A DNA stretch of 64,000 nt from an archaeon (lineage in GTDB: Archaea; Micrarchaeota; Micrarchaeia; Norongarragalinales; UBA97), in NCBI GenBank assembly GCA_020057405.1, contig JAGVFW010000003.1, positions 32,001-96,000 of the forward strand, given 5' to 3'. Numbering within the stretch: the stretch's first letter is position 1; every line of letters begins with the position of its first letter. The position numbers were made by a program, and so were the translations under genes. The notes beneath the pieces are model-generated. The model worked only from the letters and a program-made list of their open reading frames with translations, searched no databases and was not told the origin of the DNA. This document shows positions 47,767 through 55,285 of this stretch, one piece after another.

Positions 47767-48705
47767 ATGCACGTTGAACTCCGCAAGGCTGGCGAGGGTC
47801 GTAAGTTCTACTTGGCACACTCATACCGGAGAGGCAAGAAAATAGTCAAGCTCCGCATCTACCTTGGCGCGAACCTTTCCCCCGATGAAATAGTGGAGAA
47901 AAAACACCTTGCCGAAAGCACGCTTCGCTATCGTGTCGATGCCAGCGCTGCCATGAGCGACCCGTTTGAAACCGCGCTTTCCAAGGGTGAGCTCGAGGAG
48001 CTTAAGACGCTTGAGGCCAAGGGAGAGCTCGCCATCAAGCACTTGTCCGAGGAGGACTGGCGCAACTTTACCGAAGCGTTCACTTACGACACGAATGCCA
48101 TCGAAGGCTCCACCATACTCCGGGAAGAAGTAGGGGACATCCTCGAGCGCGGGAAGTGGCCGGACAAGCCGAAGGGAGACATATCCGAAACGTATGGCGT
48201 GGCGAAAGCCATCGAACACGTAAGAAAAACCAAGGAGCACATCTCGCTGCCGCTGCTTTTAGAATTGCACCGCATAGTTTTCCTGAACTCTAAGCCGTAC
48301 GCGGGAAAGTTCAGGGCGCGCGGAGTGGAAGTAGTCGTGGCGGACGCATACGGGAATATCCTGCATCGCGGCGCCCCTTCGACGCAAGTGCGAAAGCTCC
48401 TAAAGCGGCTGGTGGAATGGTACGGGAAGAACAAAAAGCGCTACCCGCCACTAGTCCTCGCCGCCGTAGTGCACAACCAGTTCGAGAACATCCACCCGTT
48501 TCAGGACGGCAACGGGCGGGTCGGCAGGCTCTTGCTCAATAATATCCTGCTCAAACACGGGCTGCCGCCGCTCAACATCGAACTGCGCAACAGGCACGAA
48601 TACTACGCGGCGTTGCAGGCGTACGAGCACAAGCATGACATCCGGCCCACAATCCAGCTCATGCTCAAGGAATACCGTGCTCTCAAGAAACTCCTCAAGA
48701 GGTGA
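47767..48705 (+). CDS. Fic-domain protein
   Basis: TNAIEGS, HPFQDGNGRVGR; N-terminal KFYLAHSYR...IYLG domain. Confidence 0.92.
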   Translation: MHVELRKAGEGRKFYLAHSYRRGKKIVKLRIYLGANLSPDEIVEKKHLAESTLRYRVDASAAMSDPFETALSKGELEELKTLEAKGELAIKHLSEEDWRNFTEAFTYDTNAIEGSTILREEVGDILERGKWPDKPKGDISETYGVAKAIEHVRKTKEHISLPLLLELHRIVFLNSKPYAGKFRARGVEVVVADAYGNILHRGAPSTQVRKLLKRLVEWYGKNKKRYPPLVLAAVVHNQFENIHPFQDGNGRVGRLLLNNILLKHGLPPLNIELRNRHEYYAALQAYEHKHDIRPTIQLMLKEYRALKKLLKR

Positions 48706-48743
48706 CTACACCGCACAATTTTGTAGTCACCCAAAACAGCGTG

Positions 48744-48797
48744 CTTCTAGCCCTAGTCTAAGTGCAGGGGGAGTAAGCTTAGACCTGGACTAAGTGC
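48744..48797 (+). repeat. Junction repeat R2 (both arms)
   Basis: CTTCTAGCCCTAGTCTAAG-TGCAGGGGGAGTAAG-CTTAGACCTGGACTAAGTGC. Confidence 0.9.
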
Positions 48798-48855
48798 ATA
48801 CCGAAACGAAAGCACGATAATGCCGAATGTGGCAAAGCCAAATAAAAAGTGTCTC
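48798..48855 (+). repeat. 58-bp direct repeat X1
   Basis: 53/58 identical to 49921-49978. Confidence 0.9.
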
Positions 48856-48874
48856 GAGTTTGAGCGGACTTGGG

Positions 48875-49816
48875 CTATGCGCGCTTGTCGTGCCCGTTTT
48901 CGGCTTGTTCTTCGGGTTTCAGGATCGTGTACTGCTCAAGCAATTGCTGGGAAAGAAAGCTCGCGAAAGGCTTTTGGTTTCCCTTGTCCGCTTCTTCGAT
49001 CGCGTTGTAGTATTGTTCCTTGTTTCTCGTTTCAATGATTGCCGGCGGGAATCGATTCCGCATGAGGATCCAGTTCATCAACAGCCTTGACGTGCGACCG
49101 TTGCCATCGGTGAAGGGATGGATTTGAACGAACCCATTGTGCAACCATGATGCCAATTCTACAGGATGAAGCGCGCGCTTATTTTTTTGATATTCCTTGA
49201 AGAGTTCGCCCATCAACCGCGGTACGTCCTTTGCTGCCGGAGGCTTCCAGTCCGAACCGCCGATTCCGACTTCACTGTCGCGGTAATCGCCTTGAATCCT
49301 GCACGTCGTGTTTTTCGTGATCTCAAACTGTATTTTGCACGCGAATTCCTTGTTCACCTGTCCCTTGTACGACTTGACGAATTCCCACGCATCCTTGCCG
49401 TTCAACACCTCGATGACGTCGTTCGTCTTTACGCCTTGCGGCGCGATTCCTTCGGAAAGAATGAGCGCGGTTTGCCGCAAGGTGAGCGGATTGCCTTCGA
49501 TCGCGTTCGTGTTGTACGTAAAGCGCACGAGAAAATCGCTCGGCACCATGCCCTCCGGAAAACCCTTGAACGCGACTACGGCTGAATGCAAGTCCTCGAG
49601 CCGATCTTCCGCTTCCTGCGACAGCCACTTCGCCTCGTAAGGCTTCGGCGCCTTTCGTTCAAGCTCTGAAAAATACTTTTGCAACTCATCGTGGCCTGGC
49701 ACTTTCCTCCCCAAAAACACCCGAACTTTGCTAACCTTGGTGGGAGAAAGGCGCACGCTCTTGACGAGGTAGAAATAGTCGTGCTTCCCGTGCCTCTGCT
49801 TCTCGATAAACGCCAT
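48875..49816 (-). CDS. Fic-domain protein
   Basis: TNAIEGN, HPFTDGNGRTSR; N-terminal YFYLVKSVR...FLG domain. Confidence 0.92.
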   Translation of the reverse strand: MAFIEKQRHGKHDYFYLVKSVRLSPTKVSKVRVFLGRKVPGHDELQKYFSELERKAPKPYEAKWLSQEAEDRLEDLHSAVVAFKGFPEGMVPSDFLVRFTYNTNAIEGNPLTLRQTALILSEGIAPQGVKTNDVIEVLNGKDAWEFVKSYKGQVNKEFACKIQFEITKNTTCRIQGDYRDSEVGIGGSDWKPPAAKDVPRLMGELFKEYQKNKRALHPVELASWLHNGFVQIHPFTDGNGRTSRLLMNWILMRNRFPPAIIETRNKEQYYNAIEEADKGNQKPFASFLSQQLLEQYTILKPEEQAENGHDKRA

Positions 49817-49920
49817 AATATGGCTACATCTTCAAACTATTTAAATATTGTGGTCATAATGCCTACTTTTACGCGCCTAATATAAATTGTAGCCATACGG
49901 ATTAATCTCGAGGGGAATTT

Positions 49921-49978
49921 ATACCGAAACGAAAGCACAGAAATGCCGAATGTGGCAAAGTCGAATAAAAAGTGTCTC
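49921..49978 (+). repeat. 58-bp direct repeat X2
   Basis: ATACCGAAACGAAAGCAC...AATAAAAAGTGTCTC. Confidence 0.9.
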
Positions 49979-49987
49979 TGCTTTTGG

Positions 49988-50731
49988 TTAAATCAAGTGA
50001 AGACCCGAAGCCAAAGCAACTAACCCCGAAAGCAAGACCAAAACCAATGAAATTTTCCTAAATAATTCGTCATCGACCTTGTGGACGATTGCCATGCCTG
50101 CAAGAGAACCTACGACCATTGCCGGAAAAAGCATAATCGTATAATTAATCACCTCGTTCGTAAGCAGGCCGTTCACAAAATAGAACGGAATCGTGAGAAG
50201 AAAGAGAACTGAAAAATAGGCGACTAAATCGGCGCGAAAATCATCTTTTTTTGTCCCTTGGTTTGCTAGAAAGAGCACTACTGGCGGACCGCTCATGGTG
50301 GTGCTGCCGTTAAGGACTCCACTTGCAAAGCCCGTTATCGCAAATCCCGTCAGCTTATTCTTTATTTCACGCCTGAAGCCAACGATCAACGCCAGGGCGG
50401 TTAAGGCGACTATTGTTCCTGCGAAAATTTTTAGCGTTGCAACGTCCAAATACAAGAGAATCCAAGTTCCTATCGGAATGCCCGCCAACCCGGCAACCAG
50501 CAATGGAAGTATGCGTTTGAAGCTGACGTTACGCCAGACCTGCACTAACACGATGAAATTTATCGCAGTGTTAAGGAGGAGAACTATTGGTATTGCCGTC
50601 TTTGGAGACAAGAAAAGTACGAGGAGTGGAACCGATACAAGGGCAAAACCAAATCCCGTCAAACCATAAGTCAAAGCAGCCAGGAGGATTATTGCAAACG
50701 CAAAAACAATCGGGATAGAAACTTCAAACAA
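49988..50731 (-). CDS. TauE/SafE (TSUP) family transporter
   Basis: GLTGFGFALV, GIPIG, SGVLNG...SGPP; about 8 TM segments. Confidence 0.88.
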   Translation of the reverse strand: MFEVSIPIVFAFAIILLAALTYGLTGFGFALVSVPLLVLFLSPKTAIPIVLLLNTAINFIVLVQVWRNVSFKRILPLLVAGLAGIPIGTWILLYLDVATLKIFAGTIVALTALALIVGFRREIKNKLTGFAITGFASGVLNGSTTMSGPPVVLFLANQGTKKDDFRADLVAYFSVLFLLTIPFYFVNGLLTNEVINYTIMLFPAMVVGSLAGMAIVHKVDDELFRKISLVLVLLSGLVALASGLHLI

Positions 50732-50870
50732 GGTAATTCAACTCTGCCAATTTACATTATCGCTCAGTTTGTTTAAATAGTGCCTAATGCCCTTTCGTTG
50801 ATCACCTAAAAAATGCTGAATTAATTAACGGCCAAATTCTACATTTCTGTGTAACATGAGGGCGAAAAAC

Positions 50871-50923
50871 TTCGGTATACCTTTAGACCAGGTCTAAGTG
50901 CAGGGGGAGTGCTTTGAACCCAC
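50871..50923 (+). repeat. Junction repeat R3 with T-loop-like tail
   Basis: TTCGGTATACCTTTAGACCAGGTCTAAG-TGCAGGGGGAGTGCT-TTGAACCCAC. Confidence 0.88.
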
Positions 50924-50932
50924 GGAATAGGG

Positions 50933-53704
50933 CTACCCGCGGGGGAAGGGGAAGTCGGCCATGAGGCCTACGGGAGTGGTGTTGAAGTTGGTGAAGCCGG
51001 TTGCCAGGACTGCCCCGTTTTGGACGAAGTAGTCGCCTGCGGCGGGATTCCTGAACTGGGGGTCGGCGGTGACTGAATTGACGTCAAAGCCGTATTGCGA
51101 CTGCCATTGGGCGAGAGGGATTTTTGGCGTTCCTACTTGAATCGTATACCTCCCATCAGGCCGGTAAAACGAGTTGTAATCCGAAGCGCTTACTTTGTCG
51201 GATTGCCAGTCTGCAAACTTGAACATGGTGGGATCGAGCGCGTTCGAGGTGGAGGCATAGAAAATATTGCGAGTAATGTTCAGGTGGTGGTTGGGCATGC
51301 CCAGATACGCTTGGAAGAAAGCAAGCTCTCGCGGCTCGTCGGTTGCTACAATGTTGTTGGTGAGCGTGTTGTAATCGCCTTTGATTAAGAAAGTATAGGG
51401 ATTGGTGCGGATGTTGTAAACGAGGTTGTTGCTGACCATATTGTATCCGGACCCATCGTCAAGGTACATGCCAACGGCGAATGGATTGTTGACTTGAGTG
51501 GTCGCGGTAATGTCGTGAATGACATTGTTGGTGATGAGATTGTCCTTGCCGGAACCCCACAAATAGATTCCGCCGCCGTCATGCGTGTCCCGCATCACGT
51601 CCGAAACGTCGTTAAAGGCGATGGTGCCGTTTCTGGCGTAGACGTAATCGCGGTAGTTTTCCTGAGTTGCGTCCGGAATGAAAAGTTTAGTGTAGTTGAG
51701 AGTAAAGCCGAGGTAGAGGATTCCAGCGTAATTTCCGCGGTGGATTTTGTTGAAGGACACGTTGGTCGAGCTGATGCGCGCGAGAAGCATTCCCGCGGCC
51801 CTCGAATAGCGCCGGCCGAAGTCGTAAAAGCGGTTGTTGACAATGCGGTTAAAGCCACTCACGTCGCCATTGCCCGGATAAGGGCCGCCCAATTTGATTG
51901 CATCAGCGCCAAGCTCGTTTAGGTAATTGCCGTAAATGTCAAGGCCAGTAACGTAGAAGCCGCCCGTAATTCCATGAGTCAGTTGCTTGAATTCATTGAA
52001 GCGCACGCGGATGTTGTCGGCGTAGGCCACATGCAATCCCGTGGGCGTGCTTAGCGGCCCGTTGGAATTGGCTGTCTTAAAGCCGTTGCCCATTTCGAGA
52101 GTCAGGCCGCGCAGTTCGATGTTCGACGTTTTTACCGAGGGCGAAGAGCCGGAGACCTGGATTATCCGCTCGATTGTGGGCGCCAGGATTTCCTGCGAGT
52201 CAATCGGCGCGTTTCGCGGCCAGTAGTAAGTCAGGCCGGTCGTCTCGTCGTAGAAAAATTCTCCGGGAGAGTCAAGAAAGTCGAGTGAATTGATGAGGGC
52301 AAACCGGTTGTTGAGTCTTATGACGTAGCTCGTGTTGGCTGACAGGTTGATTGTGCGGGTGGAGAAGTTGACGTAAGTGATGGGAGTTATGTCAACGGCC
52401 CAGTCGTAAACGTAAGAGCCGCTTCCGCCGGGGAAGATGTAGGCCTTGGCACTGGAGTAGGAAAACGTGTCGGGAAGCGCGCCGGACGGGTAGACGAAGC
52501 TCGTGAAGTTGTTGTCGCCATAGCCGGCAACTTTCAGGTAACCTGAATTGGGCGTGCGCGCGGGCACCGCCTCGACGCCATTTTCGTAAAGCGAGTAAAT
52601 ATTGGGGCCTATGTTTGCAACGTAGATGTTGCCTGAATAAAGCGTCCAGCCGGTCGCGGCCTTGGATGCAATCAACCTTGGCTTCTCGCCGTAGTAGTTG
52701 CGCCAAATAACGCGATAGCCGTTCTTTCCGGAATCCGGGGGCTGGAGCAAAAGCCCGCTCGTAAGGTAGTACTTCCCACCTCGAAGAAAGACAACCGCAT
52801 TAGAGGTCATTCCGGAAGTGATGTTGGTGCGGATTGTAGTCTGGGCTTTTGAGAGTGTTAGGAATGGTGCGGTTAGTGTGCCGGGGTTGTTGTCATTGCC
52901 GTTTGTTGCAACGTAGAAGAAGACTGTCGAGTCGCAGGCGTCGCCCACGCCATTCTCGTCCGCATCCCATTGGTTGGCGTTCGCCACTGACGGACAATTG
53001 TCAACTGAATCGAGCACGCCGTCGTCGTCTGAGTCGGGCGGGGGCGTCGGAGTCGGCGTGGGAGTGGGAACGCAGGAGGGGCACGGTGTTGGCGTGGGTG
53101 TAGGCGAGCCGCTTGGCGTGGGGCTCGGCGTTGGGCTGCTGTTTGGAGTTGGCGTTGGGCTTCCTTGCGGGCCCGGAGTTGGGGTCGGCGATGATGTTGG
53201 CCGGGGGGTGACTATAGGGAGAGTAGAGTTCACGCAGTGCTCGGCAGGCGCGATTGATATTCCTTCGCAGCTGGCGACACACACGTTAAAGTAAGTCCTG
53301 CCGTCAGAGCCGCAGACCGGCGTGTAAACGCTTGGGCAAGCGCATGGGTCGGGCGTAGGTGTTGCCGTCGGCACCGGAATCGGCTGGACTGAAGGCATTG
53401 GCGTGGGCGTTGGGCTGGGCGTCACGATTGGCGTTGAAAATAAGTCGAGTCCCCGCAAGCCGAACAGGTTTTTGCCTAGCTCGCGAATTTTGGTGACGAT
53501 TTTCATCTGCGCATCCACCATCTGCTGCGCAACAGAAACAATAGGATGATACTCCGATTGCGTAGGCGGGGAAGAAACGATGAAGAAAGAACCTGCGAGT
53601 GTAATGTAAGCCAAAACCGCGATTAGAAAAACGATTGTAAAGGCCGACGCCGCACTTTCGCCTAACCTACCGCGCAGCGCCTCCAGCTCTTCCCAAAAAT
53701 CCAC
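50933..53704 (-). CDS. Membrane-anchored surface protein: PT linker, Kazal, TSP3 repeat, right-handed beta-helix (paralog B)
   Basis: N-terminal third closely similar to 38127-41069; DGGGIY, GMYLDDGS. Confidence 0.82.
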   Translation of the reverse strand: MDFWEELEALRGRLGESAASAFTIVFLIAVLAYITLAGSFFIVSSPPTQSEYHPIVSVAQQMVDAQMKIVTKIRELGKNLFGLRGLDLFSTPIVTPSPTPTPMPSVQPIPVPTATPTPDPCACPSVYTPVCGSDGRTYFNVCVASCEGISIAPAEHCVNSTLPIVTPRPTSSPTPTPGPQGSPTPTPNSSPTPSPTPSGSPTPTPTPCPSCVPTPTPTPTPPPDSDDDGVLDSVDNCPSVANANQWDADENGVGDACDSTVFFYVATNGNDNNPGTLTAPFLTLSKAQTTIRTNITSGMTSNAVVFLRGGKYYLTSGLLLQPPDSGKNGYRVIWRNYYGEKPRLIASKAATGWTLYSGNIYVANIGPNIYSLYENGVEAVPARTPNSGYLKVAGYGDNNFTSFVYPSGALPDTFSYSSAKAYIFPGGSGSYVYDWAVDITPITYVNFSTRTINLSANTSYVIRLNNRFALINSLDFLDSPGEFFYDETTGLTYYWPRNAPIDSQEILAPTIERIIQVSGSSPSVKTSNIELRGLTLEMGNGFKTANSNGPLSTPTGLHVAYADNIRVRFNEFKQLTHGITGGFYVTGLDIYGNYLNELGADAIKLGGPYPGNGDVSGFNRIVNNRFYDFGRRYSRAAGMLLARISSTNVSFNKIHRGNYAGILYLGFTLNYTKLFIPDATQENYRDYVYARNGTIAFNDVSDVMRDTHDGGGIYLWGSGKDNLITNNVIHDITATTQVNNPFAVGMYLDDGSGYNMVSNNLVYNIRTNPYTFLIKGDYNTLTNNIVATDEPRELAFFQAYLGMPNHHLNITRNIFYASTSNALDPTMFKFADWQSDKVSASDYNSFYRPDGRYTIQVGTPKIPLAQWQSQYGFDVNSVTADPQFRNPAAGDYFVQNGAVLATGFTNFNTTPVGLMADFPFPRG

Positions 53705-53797
53705 GCTAGGCTAACGCCAAGGGAATTTAAGAACAGAACGGCTCTCTGCTGTCGAAACACTAATGGAAAAGAAAAAAAGCGCATAGCTAACGGTGGA

Positions 53798-53879
53798 ACT
53801 CGAAGGCATCGTGCTGGTCTAAGTGCAGGGGGAGTACGCTGAGACGTCGTCTAGAAGCGGACTTTGCGAGACACAATTG
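53798..53879 (+). repeat. Junction repeat R4, preceded by a copy of the vapC 3' end
   Basis: 53798-53834 matches 47584-47620 at 36/37; right arm CTGAGACGTCGTCTAGAAG; tail shared with R5. Confidence 0.9.
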
Positions 53880-53963
53880 ATTCGTTGATTAATATAGTCC
53901 TAAAATCAATTATTCTTGACAGAGGGAATCAACTTGATTTTGCGTCCAAGAACTTTAAAGTCA

Positions 53964-54707
53964 ATGGCTGAACAACTAGCCCAATTGCCCCCTCAAAGAC
54001 GGAAAGTAGTGGTTTTAGTCGGTAGACACCTAAATGAAGGGTCAGTAAACTTAGCAAACAGGTGTCATGAATCTTGGGGAAAAAAAGGCGCGGTCACCAT
54101 CCAACTTCCAGTGGACTGGACTCCAGAAGGTTTTTGGCATAGTGCGATGCAACGAAATCTCACTGCTGAAGAAGTAGAGAATGAAGCGAAAGCTATTCCT
54201 TCAGATGAGGCTATTTTAGACTTTCTCTTCAAAAGAGGATTTCGAATTCCGGTTCTAAATATCCACGGCGCTGGACACGAGGCGCGCGATATAACTAATT
54301 CTTCTGCGGAAACTGCCGAGAATAGGGAAAAAATCGAGACTGAACGGACTCCGACAACAAGCATAACCACAGGTAATAAAACGAGAATTTTCGAGCACAA
54401 ACTCATTCGCCATCACTATGGTAATATTGAACATCCTAACGAAATTTTGATAGAAATATATTATGGCGGATCTAAAAGAAATACTAAATCTCTAGAATAT
54501 GCGGTAGGTTTGGATCCGCATTCGAGACTCGCAGTTAACAATTCTCCGAGTTATATTGCAAAAAGATACTTGCGCGGCATCGTTATCAACCGCGGTTCAC
54601 TTGAGCGCCTTCACAAGGACGTGACTCCGAAAATAGAAGAACTGATTGAACACCTATCAAAAACCGGTCTAAAAGCAAGGCTTGGAAAAAGAGACTATAT
54701 TCGCTGA
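53964..54707 (+). CDS. Hypothetical protein, possible M14/AstE-like Zn hydrolase fold
   Basis: VVVLVGRHLNEG (HxxE), VLNIHG, ILIEIY; low GC; ATG at 53964 preferred over TTG at 53916. Confidence 0.5.
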   Translation: MAEQLAQLPPQRRKVVVLVGRHLNEGSVNLANRCHESWGKKGAVTIQLPVDWTPEGFWHSAMQRNLTAEEVENEAKAIPSDEAILDFLFKRGFRIPVLNIHGAGHEARDITNSSAETAENREKIETERTPTTSITTGNKTRIFEHKLIRHHYGNIEHPNEILIEIYYGGSKRNTKSLEYAVGLDPHSRLAVNNSPSYIAKRYLRGIVINRGSLERLHKDVTPKIEELIEHLSKTGLKARLGKRDYIR

Positions 54708-54753
54708 AATTGTGTCTCTGGATATGAAAACAAGTCGTTGGCGACAAGGTCTG

Positions 54754-54834
54754 CTTCTAGACCTGGACTAAGTGCAGGGGGAGTGCGCTTAGACGCGGTC
54801 TAGAAGTGGACTTTTCGAGACACAATTGTGTCTC
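54754..54834 (+). repeat. Junction repeat R5 (53-bp imperfect palindrome) plus 18-bp perfect palindrome
   Basis: CTTCTAGACCTGGACTAAGTGCA-GGGGGAG-TGCGCTTAGACGCGGTCTAGAAG; GAGACACAATTGTGTCTC at 54817-54834. Confidence 0.92.
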
Positions 54835-54868
54835 AATCTATAAGTAGTCTTGTTTCACAAGTGATAGT

Positions 54869-55204
54869 ATGCGAATATCCTTTCGGGCTTTTGAACACCG
54901 TTATCCTGGCACCTATGGGACGAGCATGCTTTCTGCCAACGAACTGAGAGAAGCGAAATCGCTGAGGACATTCATAACTCGCAAAAAGTACGAAGATGCT
55001 ACTCGAGGAATTCCAAAAGGAAATCCAAAAATCGTTCGCGTCTTGGGTGAGATTTTTATCATCGACGGCCATCATCGAAGTAGGTTTGCCGTAGATCGCG
55101 GGGAAGGAATCACGGTAGAGCATTTCGAAACTGACTCTAAAGCACTCAAATTTATTTTGGATAAAAAGGCAAAAGCCAAGATTGGAGGAGTGGAAATTCG
55201 TTGA
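54869..55204 (+). CDS. Small ParB/sulfiredoxin-like domain protein
   Basis: PKIVRV...FIIDGHHR motif. Confidence 0.65.
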   Translation: MRISFRAFEHRYPGTYGTSMLSANELREAKSLRTFITRKKYEDATRGIPKGNPKIVRVLGEIFIIDGHHRSRFAVDRGEGITVEHFETDSKALKFILDKKAKAKIGGVEIR

Positions 55205-55227
55205 TGAACGAAAAACGAGGCAGTACA

Positions 55228-55257
55228 CTTCTAGATGTTGTCTAAGTGCAGGGGGAG
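55228..55257 (+). repeat. Junction repeat R6
   Basis: CTTCTAGATGTTGTCTAAGTGCAGGGGGAG. Confidence 0.9.
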
Positions 55258-55280
55258 CGATTTGAACTCTTGAACGCCGT
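55246..55280 (-). pseudogene. Degenerate tRNA(Leu)-like 3' fragment
   Basis: Minus strand GGCGTTC-AAGAG-TTCAAAT-CGCTC-CCCCTGC-A; T-stem pairs only 3/5; no 5' half. Confidence 0.55.
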
Positions 55281-55285
55281 TGAGT

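Larger units (their letters stand above)
47584..55280. mobile_element. Putative cassette array: six tRNA-Leu-3'-like junction repeats separating gene-sized modules
   Basis: Repeats R1-R6 listed separately; cargo is accessory-type and partly lower GC; no integrase or transposase in the window. Confidence 0.65.

Noticed and set aside
54754-54806. Canonical integron attC site
   Set aside because: Hairpin architecture is similar, but it lacks RYYYAAC/GTTRRRY ends, cargo orientation is mixed and no intI is visible.
47603-55257. Canonical CRISPR array
   Set aside because: Spacing is hundreds to thousands of bp and contains whole genes; no cas genes in the window.
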